The notes under the pieces are model-generated. The model saw nothing but the letters and a program-made list of their open reading frames with translations. It was not told the DNA's origin and did not search any database. Made by a program: the position numbers and the translations under genes. This document shows, piece by piece, positions 10,276-20,756 of a stretch of 64,000 bases of DNA (positions are counted from its first letter, which is position 1; each line of letters opens with the position of its first letter). The DNA comes from Escherichia phage EP01: the sequence record OM135583.1. One strand, 5' to 3'.

Positions 10276-10878
10276 TTATAGATTAAATCCTTCAAAATCA
10301 AGAGTATAGATAGTGTATGTTGAATACTTTTTATATTCATATCTATCCGCAATTCTAAATACACTTCCAGCTGGTATCATTACTTCTTGTTCATCTGAAA
10401 CTAATTCCATATTACGATAGCGATGGCTATCCGGAAACTTAAAACTTGGACTATATTCTTTACAACGTAGAGCTTTTATAGCATACTCCTGGAAATTAAA
10501 TACCATAGGAGCTTTGAATTCAAAAATAACTTGTGTATTGTATTCTAATCCAGAAGCAAAATGTAAAGCTATATTTTTATCATATGAAGCTGATACTACT
10601 TTATCAAATGTAATAATATCAATTCCTTGATTTAACGCCTGCTTAGTCTCAACTGGAACACCTCTCCAAAGAGGTTTATCGTTTGGAACCAAACGAGATT
10701 TGATTATTTCATTTAACCAAGAATGATCGTCTGGCTTATTAGTAATACAATGAATTAAAAGTTCAATTTCGGATAAATTAAATCCTTCAGAAAGTAATTC
10801 TTCACGAATAGAAGCACGCACCGATGCATCCATTGATTTGATTTTAAAATCTTTTAATTGCATTGCTGAATATTTCAT
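10276..10878 (-). CDS. modA: mono-ADP-ribosyltransferase, 200 aa
   Basis: R (LWRGV), S-x-S (VSASY) and E-x-E (EQEVMIP) ART motifs; size and synteny. Confidence 0.75.
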   Translation of the reverse strand: MKYSAMQLKDFKIKSMDASVRASIREELLSEGFNLSEIELLIHCITNKPDDHSWLNEIIKSRLVPNDKPLWRGVPVETKQALNQGIDIITFDKVVSASYDKNIALHFASGLEYNTQVIFEFKAPMVFNFQEYAIKALRCKEYSPSFKFPDSHRYRNMELVSDEQEVMIPAGSVFRIADRYEYKKYSTYTIYTLDFEGFNL

Positions 10879-11510
10879 TCAACTACCTCAATATCATACA
10901 CTTTAAATGTTCCAAACGAATCGTGTAATTTTTCTTTTGAAATAGAAGTTATTTTATACTTTCCAATTGGAATCATCCATTCTTGTTCACGCACAATCAT
11001 CATTAAGTTATCAGTACGTTCTGAATCTAATCCATCAGTATCTTCATATGTATACTTAAACTCAGTATTAGGAGAAGAAAGTATAATATCGCTGATATGG
11101 TCAGAGTAATTAAAAGCTTTATCAGTTTTTAAGCGAAGTACTATTTCAGTGAAATACTCAACATAAGAAAAACCGCACGCTGTGTGCAAACTAGTAGTAA
11201 ATGAATCTACCCTATTCGTTGAAAACACTTCTCCGACTTGTAAATCTTTAATGAGTTCTTTTGTCGATTTTGATATACCACGATATAGCTGATAAGGTGA
11301 TTTAGTTAAATGCTTTTTAACGATTTTATTCAACTGCCGGTGAAGAGCTTCATTCTTTTTGGCTTCCATACATTGCCAAAGAACTGACTGCTCGAAGTCA
11401 GTAAATTTTTCACAGACCTTTTTATACATATCATATTGAAAATCAACGCTTTCAGCTTTTATAGATAACTGTTCAACATCTGCAAGATTAATAATCATGA
11501 TAGCCTCCAT
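10875..11510 (-). CDS. modB: mono-ADP-ribosyltransferase, 211 aa
   Basis: R (LYRGI), STN and EQEWMIP motifs; tandem paralogue of modA. Confidence 0.72.
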   Translation of the reverse strand: MEAIMIINLADVEQLSIKAESVDFQYDMYKKVCEKFTDFEQSVLWQCMEAKKNEALHRQLNKIVKKHLTKSPYQLYRGISKSTKELIKDLQVGEVFSTNRVDSFTTSLHTACGFSYVEYFTEIVLRLKTDKAFNYSDHISDIILSSPNTEFKYTYEDTDGLDSERTDNLMMIVREQEWMIPIGKYKITSISKEKLHDSFGTFKVYDIEVVE

Positions 11511-11523
11511 ATACTTCAGAAGC

Positions 11524-11554
11524 TATCATATCATTGTTAGGAAGGAAAGTAAAC
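11524..11554 (-). promoter_or_regulatory. early promoter upstream of modB
   Basis: GTTTAC-N17-TATGAT. Confidence 0.55.
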
Positions 11555-11565
11555 AACTTTTTGAA

Positions 11566-11748
11566 TTATTTTGCCCAGGGAGCCCAGGGCGGAGGGTCAA
11601 GATGGTATGAAGCTAGTTCTTCTAGAAGAGCATCTGGGGCTTCAATTCCATAATTCTGTAATACTATACGGTATTCTTTCTTATAATCACTAGAATCATT
11701 CTGGATATTCGTAGAATGATTATCTTCTAACATCTCAAATAAATCCAT
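11566..11748 (-). CDS. hypothetical protein, 60 aa
   Basis: ORF track. Confidence 0.4.
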   Translation of the reverse strand: MDLFEMLEDNHSTNIQNDSSDYKKEYRIVLQNYGIEAPDALLEELASYHLDPPPWAPWAK

Positions 11749-11756
11749 ATTAATTC

Positions 11757-12227
11757 CTAGCGATAAAAACCAAAATAACGATTAGTTTCAATAATCTTTC
11801 TTTCTTCTTCGGATATTCTCCAGCGTAGTCCAACATCAAAATGAGCCCAGACCATCTTAACGAATGCATTTATATCTTTAATATCTTCAATAATGAATGT
11901 TTTACTTTTAGAAGGTTGACTCGCTAATTTAACTTTATCGTCTTCAAATAGGTCAAAAAGACCATATTCATGAGCTCTTTTATAGCCTTTGATAGTTAAA
12001 GCCTCAGAAGAAGAAAATGGTGAATCAGTATTCTGCAAAATATCTTCAGTATGCTTTATAATTAGAATAACATTTTCTGGATATTTTCTTTCTTTTATAT
12101 CTTTAATTAAAAGGTCCGGATTTTCTGCTAAAGGAATAATTAATGAGCAATTTTTGTCAAGCGTATTTACTGATTTACCTTCTTTAGACATAAATTCTAT
12201 TGAATAATGTTTTGCTACTTCAATCAT
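11757..12227 (-). CDS. hypothetical protein, 156 aa
   Basis: ORF track. Confidence 0.5.
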   Translation of the reverse strand: MIEVAKHYSIEFMSKEGKSVNTLDKNCSLIIPLAENPDLLIKDIKERKYPENVILIIKHTEDILQNTDSPFSSSEALTIKGYKRAHEYGLFDLFEDDKVKLASQPSKSKTFIIEDIKDINAFVKMVWAHFDVGLRWRISEEERKIIETNRYFGFYR

Positions 12228-12380
12228 GCGATTTCCTCTTGCCTACTAATGGGCCGTCAGGAATTTTGTTTTCCTGGATATATTTCTCATTTTCTTCCAT
12301 CATTTTACTGCCAATTTTAAGAAGCAAATCTAGTGCTTCATTTGCTTTAGCCTTGGCCTCTTCTAACGTCATATCTCTGT

Positions 12381-12584
12381 TCACGATTTATCACCATAGA
12401 TGTCTCTCATCAATTTAAGCGCTGAGCGTTCTAATTTCTTTTCTTTCTCAGCACTAATCATTGATTTCATCCATTCTTCTGATTCATTCTGTATTTCTTT
12501 ATTTGCCTGTTCAACCCAACCATCATCAATGTACATTGAGTTTGGTCTACTGAACCATTCAAACATTTTCTTCAGAACTTTCAT
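12381..12584 (-). CDS. hypothetical protein, 67 aa
   Basis: ORF track. Confidence 0.4.
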   Translation of the reverse strand: MKVLKKMFEWFSRPNSMYIDDGWVEQANKEIQNESEEWMKSMISAEKEKKLERSALKLMRDIYGDKS

Positions 12585-13056
12585 TTATTTTACCTAAAAC
12601 AACAGTAGGAGCATCATCAAATTCATGAATTTTTAGCAAATTTGGATTTAAATTATTCCATAAAGAGGTAATAAAATATGATAGCGCATTTTCTTCCGTA
12701 ATTATAAATTTATTTCCCTTATCTACTTTCCAGTCATATATTGAATCATATGAATATAATGGCAACGGTTTATTGTTATAATATGCTTCAGCAACATCAA
12801 TATAGTTAGATTTAGTAAATGCTTGAATTGACATAAATGGAGAATTTCGTACAGTTTCAATAATTCCGATCTTTTTAAGTTTTATTTCAACATCTTCTGG
12901 AACTGGCATTGAAATAAAATCTTCTACTAGATACATGCTATTATCATATCTTTTATCAATCATTACTGCTACTGTAATTGGAATATCTTTAGCAAACGAC
13001 ATGCTATTACTGCTAATATACATTTCAAACAAAATCGCTTCCATAATTTTCCTCAA
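12559..13056 (-). CDS. hypothetical protein, 165 aa
   Basis: ORF track. Confidence 0.5.
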   Translation of the reverse strand: MRKIMEAILFEMYISSNSMSFAKDIPITVAVMIDKRYDNSMYLVEDFISMPVPEDVEIKLKKIGIIETVRNSPFMSIQAFTKSNYIDVAEAYYNNKPLPLYSYDSIYDWKVDKGNKFIITEENALSYFITSLWNNLNPNLLKIHEFDDAPTVVLGKINESSEENV

Positions 13057-13394
13057 TCACAATATGTAGATGAACAACTAGAATCACAAGAACTTCCACA
13101 TGAATCGCCCGTCCATACATGAACAGGAACATTAGTGTCATATGAGTCAGAATTAGACTGTGTATTCTGCGTATTAGATGATGCAGTAGGTGTTGACCAG
13201 CGCCAAGGATTTTTATAATATTCCTGGGCTTCTTCATAAGTCATAGTAACCGCTTCTACTGTTCCATCTCCCATATAAACATATTCAACTACAGTTAAAG
13301 GAAGGTAGTCATTTGAAATAGGAACTACACCTTCTCCAGGAACTGTAGAGAAAAAATCTGTAAAGAAATTTTTAAACCAATTAAAGATAAACAT
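13053..13394 (-). CDS. hypothetical protein with Cys/Ser-rich C-terminal tail, 113 aa
   Basis: C-terminus ...[18 protein letters not shown]. Confidence 0.5.
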   Translation of the reverse strand: MFIFNWFKNFFTDFFSTVPGEGVVPISNDYLPLTVVEYVYMGDGTVEAVTMTYEEAQEYYKNPWRWSTPTASSNTQNTQSNSDSYDTNVPVHVWTGDSCGSSCDSSCSSTYCD

Positions 13395-13606
13395 TACAAA
13401 AAGCCTCTTTGAAATTCGACTCTTTGAAATCCACCCCAGTCAGTGTATCGCATTTCAGCATTGAACTCGACTGAACCATCTGCATGCATCATGAATGAAT
13501 GCGTGACGATATCACAATCCCAGCTTTTCATACCCCATTTATCAGCGATAGCTTTATCAAGAACCTTCTGGAGGTCTTCATTTGGTTTAATCCAACGATT
13601 TAACAT
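13394..13606 (-). CDS. hypothetical protein, 70 aa
   Basis: ORF track; early promoter upstream. Confidence 0.45.
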   Translation of the reverse strand: MLNRWIKPNEDLQKVLDKAIADKWGMKSWDCDIVTHSFMMHADGSVEFNAEMRYTDWGGFQRVEFQRGFL

Positions 13607-13630
13607 AGTGTTCTCCTCTATAAGATAATT

Positions 13631-13662
13631 CTATTATACCACACTCATTTTGATATGTAAAC
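13631..13662 (-). promoter_or_regulatory. early promoter
   Basis: Plus strand ctattatacc...gtaaac. Confidence 0.55.
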
Positions 13663-13664
13663 TG

Positions 13665-13698
13665 CAAAAACGAAAAAAGGAACCCCGAAGGATTCCTT
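13665..13698 (-). terminator. intrinsic terminator downstream of soc
   Basis: Hairpin with UUCG loop in the minus-strand RNA followed by U6. Confidence 0.7.
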
Positions 13699-13705
13699 AA
13701 ATTAT

Positions 13706-13963
13706 TTAACCACCTACACCTGGTGTAGGTGTAACAGTCCAAAGACCTTCATTAGCAGTGATCCATTCAGTACGCTGATTTTCTTCATATACTGTAGAAT
13801 ATGCTGCTTTTTCAGAAGGGAATGTCTGATAATGAGCACCGGAAATTTTGTGAACATCAGAATAAAGAGGGAAAGCTACAGAAATTTCTTTACCCTGAAT
13901 TGTACCACCATCAACTGCTTGGTCAAATGTTTTGATATTAACATAACCGCGAGTACTAGCCAT
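13706..13963 (-). CDS. soc: small outer capsid protein, 85 aa
   Basis: MASTRGYVNIKTF...ISVAFPLYSDVHKISGAHYQTFPSEKAAYSTVYEENQRTEW matches T4 Soc as I recall it; late promoter upstream, terminator downstream. Confidence 0.9.
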   Translation of the reverse strand: MASTRGYVNIKTFDQAVDGGTIQGKEISVAFPLYSDVHKISGAHYQTFPSEKAAYSTVYEENQRTEWITANEGLWTVTPTPGVGG

Positions 13964-13979
13964 GTAATTCTCCTTTTAT

Positions 13980-14189
13980 TTAAATTACATGATTATTTAT
14001 AATAAATTCTCGCGGAACGTTAAAATACCCGATTTTAGTTAATATAACAACATCGCCGTTAATAATTACCGGAGAATAATCCTTTGGAGCATTAAATTTC
14101 CAATGGGCTCTAATATTATATCCATCAGAACCAAATGCTCGACTAGCCGGTCTCCCGGCTTTTTGCCATGCATAAAAATCAAATTTCAT
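13980..14189 (-). CDS. hypothetical protein, 69 aa
   Basis: ORF track; occupies the position where T4 has segF. Confidence 0.4.
   Translation of the reverse strand: MKFDFYAWQKAGRPASRAFGSDGYNIRAHWKFNAPKDYSPVIINGDVVILTKIGYFNVPREFIINNHVI
14004..14011 (-). promoter_or_regulatory. late promoter TATAAATA for soc
   Basis: Exact TATAAATA on minus strand ~40 nt upstream of soc ATG. Confidence 0.65.
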
Positions 14190-14380
14190 TTTGAATGCTC
14201 TATAATTAATTTTAAAGCTTCTTCACTGACAAAAATTTCGTCAGGACCTTCTATAATTTCAACCATACGAAGTTGATTAGTTAAGAGCTCACACACGAGC
14301 TCTTTGTTATAATCTTTAAATAGCTGGTCAATACGTTTCTTATGGGCTTTCTTAAGCTGACGTTTATTTAAACGAGCCAT
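14186..14380 (-). CDS. hypothetical protein, 64 aa
   Basis: ORF track. Confidence 0.4.
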   Translation of the reverse strand: MARLNKRQLKKAHKKRIDQLFKDYNKELVCELLTNQLRMVEIIEGPDEIFVSEEALKLIIEHSK

Positions 14381-14898
14381 TAATAGCCTCGGTCTTGACG
14401 AGCGAAGTTTTCGGCATTTTTCAGATAATAAAGTTTAAAGATTTCTTCAGCTGACATTCCAAGAGCAATGAATTTATTCATGAAAAAGTGAAATTGGTCA
14501 ATTAGTTCAAATTTAATTTCAAGTTGATCTTCAGGAGATAAATCTTGAATTTTCTTGGATTGCATTTCAGAATAACGTTTCTTCCAAGGTTTCCATACAG
14601 CAGAAGCTTCTTTTTCGCCATTACTCATACCGCCAAGAGAAGTATATAGCTCGCGAGTTTCGTCTGCGATATAATCGTCTTGGTTTCGCAGCCAAGCAAG
14701 AACTTCTCCTGCAGTTTCAAGCGAATCAGGATGACGATTTGTTTCTGGCTTATCATTAGCCAAACGAATCTGTAAAGACCGCTGCATATCAAGCATAACC
14801 TGCAGTGGGTCAATATTGTGCATAATATTCTCAGCATATGCACGATTTGCTTTATCAACACCTTCGATCAAATGAGCACATTCATTAAAGTGAGCCAT
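14380..14898 (-). CDS. 56: dCTP/dCDP pyrophosphatase (MazG-like), 172 aa
   Basis: MAHFNECAHLIEG N-terminus and synteny; start placed at ATG 14898 behind AAGGAAA. Confidence 0.85.
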   Translation of the reverse strand: MAHFNECAHLIEGVDKANRAYAENIMHNIDPLQVMLDMQRSLQIRLANDKPETNRHPDSLETAGEVLAWLRNQDDYIADETRELYTSLGGMSNGEKEASAVWKPWKKRYSEMQSKKIQDLSPEDQLEIKFELIDQFHFFMNKFIALGMSAEEIFKLYYLKNAENFARQDRGY

Positions 14899-14958
14899 TA
14901 GTTTTCCTTTCAATTCATTAATAAGTTAAATAATTATATCATTTGAGTATGTAAGCAA

Positions 14959-16298
<1,340 letters not shown>

Positions 16299-16321
16299 TA
16301 TATTATCCTCAGCAGTTTATT

Positions 16322-16353
16322 TTATAATACCACAGCAAGCTGAGAAAGTAAAC
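16322..16353 (-). promoter_or_regulatory. early promoter for the nuclease-like ORF and dam
   Basis: GTTTAC-N17-GGTATTATA. Confidence 0.6.
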
Positions 16354-16402
16354 AAATTTTGTAAAATTTGCGATAAATATTTAATTTAAAGGAGGACGAC
16401 GC

Positions 16403-16603
16403 ATGGTACAAAAATTAATGGCACTTGTTAATGCCATCAAAGGTAATAAAAAACGTATAGCTTTTACTATTTCTGCTATGATAGGAATTTTACTTTGGAA
16501 TTTTGTTTTATCGCCAGTTGCTATTGCTCATGGCGTTAGTATTCCAGTAATTACTCTTGATACATTCGTAGATTTAGCATTTGCTTTGGTTGGGTTAATT
16601 TAA
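16403..16603 (+). CDS. small hydrophobic membrane protein, 66 aa, opposite strand
   Basis: AAAGGAGG Shine-Dalgarno 7 nt before ATG; two hydrophobic segments; GATAAATA upstream. Confidence 0.4.
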   Translation: MVQKLMALVNAIKGNKKRIAFTISAMIGILLWNFVLSPVAIAHGVSIPVITLDTFVDLAFALVGLI

Positions 16604-17628
16604 ATCTTAGCATATTTAGATAGCCGCATTTTAGCCATCAACCCTTGGGCAATATTATTTTTCATATATTCCATAATTTGTTCAGGGGTTGCACCTTCCT
16701 TTCTAATCATATCATTGACATCTTTTGATTTCCAGGGAGATTTATCCCAAAACATAACCCTTTCTCCTGCATCAACTAATTTAGTCATTCGTTTAATAGT
16801 GTCAGGGTGACGAGGTTCATTATCTAAAACCCATACACGTCTATCTTTAAATGGAACAATTTCTAGGTCTAATTGACCACCCGTAATAGCTATACCATTT
16901 TCAATAAAAAGTGAATCTATAGGTCCTTCTAGAACATATACATCACCATCTTTAACCCGTTCGACTCCATAGATTTTTGTTGCCTCAGGATAAGCTTTGA
17001 TGGTGATATATTTTTGAGGAGCATCTTTCTTTAATGCACGTCCTTGAAAAGACTCAGCTTTTCCATTAGCATTATAAATTGGAATAACAAGACGAGGCTC
17101 GGGTATTTCCTTTTTATATGTTCCTGGTGCTATACTATTAACTAATTTAGGCCATTCGGTTGTAAACCAAAGATATTTCCATTTATCCTTTGGAATACAA
17201 CGAGCTTTTACGTATTTTATAATTGGATGGTCTTCCGTCAGTTTATCTAATCTAATGCATGACGGAAGAGATTTAATTATTTTCTTCTCGGGTTGTTTAG
17301 GAAGTTCTTTAGGTTTTTCTACTGGACGACTTTTACCTTTTTCTTTTCTTATTTCAAAGATATACTCACGATATAAATCAGGTTCAAACTCCTTTAAATA
17401 TATTCCGATTGGTGCATGATAGTTACAGTTATAGCAATGAATATTTCCTTCATTATTATCGCCATAATACCATCCACGAGCTTTATTTTGGTCGGTTTTT
17501 GAATCTCCACAAACAGGGCATCTAAACCGTAATTTAAAAGTTGAACTATTATTTACTTGTGTGAATTTAGGTAAATGAGCTAGCGCACGATATGCAAACT
17601 CATTATCAATCCAAGGTATTGATGACAT
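16600..17628 (-). CDS. 61: DNA primase, 342 aa
   Basis: Zinc-ribbon CPVCGDS...C..C N-terminus; size and synteny. Confidence 0.93.
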   Translation of the reverse strand: MSSIPWIDNEFAYRALAHLPKFTQVNNSSTFKLRFRCPVCGDSKTDQNKARGWYYGDNNEGNIHCYNCNYHAPIGIYLKEFEPDLYREYIFEIRKEKGKSRPVEKPKELPKQPEKKIIKSLPSCIRLDKLTEDHPIIKYVKARCIPKDKWKYLWFTTEWPKLVNSIAPGTYKKEIPEPRLVIPIYNANGKAESFQGRALKKDAPQKYITIKAYPEATKIYGVERVKDGDVYVLEGPIDSLFIENGIAITGGQLDLEIVPFKDRRVWVLDNEPRHPDTIKRMTKLVDAGERVMFWDKSPWKSKDVNDMIRKEGATPEQIMEYMKNNIAQGLMAKMRLSKYAKI

Positions 17629-17631
17629 TTT

Positions 17632-17796
17632 TTACTCTTCTTTTTCTTTAGATTCCTCTTTTTTCTTTTTAGGAATCTGTTCAGGACCTTTATTTACTAC
17701 AGCGCCTGACGTTGTTCCAGTAGAGATATTTTCAGGATTACCACCTGAATCTCCAGCTACCATATCTTCTTTAATAAATTCTTTAAACGTTTTCAT
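17632..17796 (-). CDS. small protein with internal-protein-like N-terminus (MKTFKEFIKE), 54 aa
   Basis: Hand-translated ORF below track cutoff. Confidence 0.45.
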   Translation of the reverse strand: MKTFKEFIKEDMVAGDSGGNPENISTGTTSGAVVNKGPEQIPKKKKEESKEKEE

Positions 17797-17808
17797 ATTA
17801 GCCTCTAA

Positions 17809-18102
17809 TTACTCACCTACCACTTCAGCGATGATATTTTTATTATTGAAGTTTTTATCACAATACAGAACGTAATTATACTGCATTACACCACCAGACT
17901 TAAGCTGTTTTTGTACTTCAGCTTTCATTTCAGGGCGATCACGCTCAACGATATTCATAATATCTGCTTCAATCTGAGTTTCAACCTCAGTCTGATCTGC
18001 AGTCATAGACCATTCGCACAAATCTTTATCATAACCCGCCATAGCAGGCTGAGCAGCACAAGAAGCCAAAGCAAAAATTGCAGCAAAAACAAATTTTTTC
18101 AT
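17809..18102 (-). CDS. sp: spackle periplasmic protein, 97 aa
   Basis: Signal peptide, 97 aa, synteny downstream of gene 61. Confidence 0.8.
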   Translation of the reverse strand: MKKFVFAAIFALASCAAQPAMAGYDKDLCEWSMTADQTEVETQIEADIMNIVERDRPEMKAEVQKQLKSGGVMQYNYVLYCDKNFNNKNIIAEVVGE

Positions 18103-18128
18103 GATAATCTCCTCAGTAGTTTATGTTT

Positions 18129-18160
18129 ATATAGTATCTCAATTTCCAACAAAAGTAAAC
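18129..18160 (-). promoter_or_regulatory. early promoter upstream of sp
   Basis: Plus strand tatatagtatc...gtaaac. Confidence 0.55.
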
Positions 18161-18414
18161 TATTTTATTTCCTCAAGTTCGTTAATCAATAAAAGTTCTC
18201 TGACGCTAAAAACAAAGAAAAATGTGTTCCCATCAACCAGAGCATGACCGCTAATAGAACACCCTCTGCGGAATTTAGAAACTTCACAATCTAGAACTGT
18301 AAAGGGTTTTAATCCTATGACTTTAGCTGTGCGTCTATTCAGTTCACAACCACTTGCGAATTTTTCCAAATCTTCTTCTGATTTAAACTGATATTCTCTA
18401 TTAACTAGCATCAT
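18160..18414 (-). CDS. hypothetical protein, 84 aa
   Basis: ORF track; early promoter upstream. Confidence 0.5.
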   Translation of the reverse strand: MMLVNREYQFKSEEDLEKFASGCELNRRTAKVIGLKPFTVLDCEVSKFRRGCSISGHALVDGNTFFFVFSVRELLLINELEEIK

Positions 18415-18498
18415 TTTCTTTTCTCCGCGATTAGCTGATAGAATTACTATAACACAACTCTATCAGCTTGTAAACTACTATTTTACTAGCATCAATAA

Positions 18499-18720
18499 CT
18501 ATTTCTCTAACTTGACGATTTTACGAAAGTATCTTTTGCATTGACGAATCTGTCGCTTCGTAGGGCGCACAGCAAACTTAATAAATTCCACTCGACCAAA
18601 TGGAGGGCTTTCTTCTGCTGGAATATCTAACACCAATTCCCACGTATCTGCAACAAGTGCTTTGAATTGAGTATTTTTCCTGACATTATATGGAGTAGGT
18701 TTAAATAAAACAATGTGCAT
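18499..18720 (-). CDS. hypothetical basic protein, 73 aa (start trimmed)
   Basis: Internal ATG with GAGGA SD immediately after the dmd stop. Confidence 0.45.
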   Translation of the reverse strand: MHIVLFKPTPYNVRKNTQFKALVADTWELVLDIPAEESPPFGRVEFIKFAVRPTKRQIRQCKRYFRKIVKLEK

Positions 18721-18721
18721 A

Positions 18722-18904
18722 TTATCCTCGGCAATCCACTTCGCATACTTTCTTGTCATCAATGAAAGCTTTAACTAGTGCTTTATTAACTTCTGCGTAT
18801 TGAGTAGTAGCCCATTGAACGTCATCTTTCATCATTGTGATTTCTTTAGTAAACATGCTTTCATTCTTAAACCACCCCATAAAAACTACCTTTACCAATT
18901 CCAT
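18722..18904 (-). CDS. dmd: Dmd antitoxin-like protein, 60 aa
   Basis: 60-aa ORF directly downstream of gene 41, as in T4. Confidence 0.65.
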   Translation of the reverse strand: MELVKVVFMGWFKNESMFTKEITMMKDDVQWATTQYAEVNKALVKAFIDDKKVCEVDCRG

Positions 18905-18933
18905 AACAATCTCCTCATTTAACCAACAAGACT

Positions 18934-18963
18934 ACTATACCATAGTCCTGTCAGCTTGTAAAC
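18934..18963 (-). promoter_or_regulatory. early promoter upstream of dmd
   Basis: GTTTAC-N-TGGTATAGT. Confidence 0.6.
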
Positions 18964-20390
18964 TAAAATTTTAATTCATTTGCCAAAGCATCTAACTGGG
19001 CTCGAGTAGATTCGTTTCTTTGATAGCGATTCTGCTCAGCCTGAATCTGCTGTGAACCTGCTACTTCGTTCACTTCAGTTGGAGTAGAATCTTGTTCAAT
19101 TTCTACCCATTTCTGATTTCCTTTTTGAACGCCCATCAAAAACTTATTCCATTTATTCTTATCACCATATCGTGATTTGATTTGCTTAATGAGTTGCTGT
19201 TCAGCCGCTGCTAACTCCTCGGTTTCAATGACCGCAAGCATAAAATCGGCTGTTGCTGGAAGACCGGCAGATTCTGCAATATCGCTCATGTTAACATCAG
19301 AAGAATCCCAAGCTTGCTTACCAACCTGTGCTGCAGTCCAAAGAACAGTTTCGGTTTCAACAGCTAGAGCACGCAATTCCTCTGCGATAGCTTTAACAGT
19401 TGTGTAACTATTTTCTGAGTAAACTCTGATGCGACAAGATTTACAAATGCCCAGATAGTCGACAATAATGATTGTTGGAACAAAATTCTTCTTGAGCTTC
19501 AATTCGTTCAAAAGAGAACGAAATGTATTAGCGTCTGCTCCACCAGTAGGATACTGTTTAACGATTAAACGGCCGAGAGTAGATTTCTCACGCCATTTTT
19601 CCATTTTTCCTTTATATTCAGCGTAAGAAATATGCCCATCATCAATGTCATCAAGAGAAACATCGAGCATATTAGCGTCAATACGCTTAGCACAGACTTC
19701 TTCTGCCATTTCCATTGAAATGTAAAGAACATTATGACCGAGCTGTAAATAATCTGCCGCCAATGAACACAGACCTAATGACTTACCAACGTTAACGCCA
19801 GCCATTAAAACGTTCAGTGTTCCAGTCTCAGCTCCGCCTTTAGTAATTTTATTTAGAATTTTGAGTTTAAATGGAACCTTACGAGCTTTATTCATATAAG
19901 ATAGCCAACGTGCTTCGTAGTCATCCATCCAATCATGACCAACGTAACTATCAAATGAAATTGACAATGCTTGGCGCATGATGTCAGGAATAGCACCTAC
20001 ATCTGGCATTTTCTTATTGCGTTTTTCCGGAGGAAGCTCAGCATTGGTTTGAATTTCAATTATTTTAGATGTGGCGTTAAACATCGCCCTTTGCTGAACA
20101 TATTTTTCTGTTTCTTTTACTAACCAGCTGTGGTCTTCCGGAGAATCGGTTAGTTTTGAAATAAGTGTTTTTACACCAGAATATTCTGTTTCAGTAAATG
20201 AACTATTTTCTAATGCAACATTTAACGCATTAATAGATGGAACGCTATGGTACTCATTAACATGAGATTTAATTAATTTGAATGTATTTTTAGCTGGACC
20301 ACTTTCAAAATATTCTGAATCCATATATGGCCAAACTTTTGAAAAATAAGCTTGATCAAATATGAGATGAGAAAGAATAATTTCTACCAC
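18963..20390 (-). CDS. 41: replicative DNA helicase (DnaB-like), 475 aa
   Basis: Walker A GVNVGKS; 475 aa. Confidence 0.95.
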   Translation of the reverse strand: MVEIILSHLIFDQAYFSKVWPYMDSEYFESGPAKNTFKLIKSHVNEYHSVPSINALNVALENSSFTETEYSGVKTLISKLTDSPEDHSWLVKETEKYVQQRAMFNATSKIIEIQTNAELPPEKRNKKMPDVGAIPDIMRQALSISFDSYVGHDWMDDYEARWLSYMNKARKVPFKLKILNKITKGGAETGTLNVLMAGVNVGKSLGLCSLAADYLQLGHNVLYISMEMAEEVCAKRIDANMLDVSLDDIDDGHISYAEYKGKMEKWREKSTLGRLIVKQYPTGGADANTFRSLLNELKLKKNFVPTIIIVDYLGICKSCRIRVYSENSYTTVKAIAEELRALAVETETVLWTAAQVGKQAWDSSDVNMSDIAESAGLPATADFMLAVIETEELAAAEQQLIKQIKSRYGDKNKWNKFLMGVQKGNQKWVEIEQDSTPTEVNEVAGSQQIQAEQNRYQRNESTRAQLDALANELKF

Positions 20391-20399
20391 ACTTACTCC

Positions 20400-20756
20400 T
20401 TAAAAGAATTTAAATTTTTTCTTTGACCTTTTATTAAATGCATCTTGTAGTTGCATTGTAATACATTTTTCTACATGAGGAGCTAACTCAGCTTTTCTTT
20501 CTTGGTCAAGAACAGCAAAGTCCATTACGACTTTTCCATCAACCCAATCTAATTTTGTCACATACACAATGTGTGTAGAACCATCTTCTAGTTTAATGAC
20601 AATCTCCTGGATAACATTTTCCATGGCAGATTTAATTATCTTAAGAGATTCATTAAAAAGACGTTCTTTTCTTTCTTCTTCCCCCTCCGAAGAGGGGGAT
20701 TCGTCGATAATTTCTAAATCTAAATCATCTTTATTCATTAAATTCTTCCATATCAC
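20400..20756 (-). CDS. gene 40-position protein, 118 aa
   Basis: Acidic ORF between uvsX and 41. Confidence 0.55.
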   Translation of the reverse strand: MIWKNLMNKDDLDLEIIDESPSSEGEEERKERLFNESLKIIKSAMENVIQEIVIKLEDGSTHIVYVTKLDWVDGKVVMDFAVLDQERKAELAPHVEKCITMQLQDAFNKRSKKKFKFF

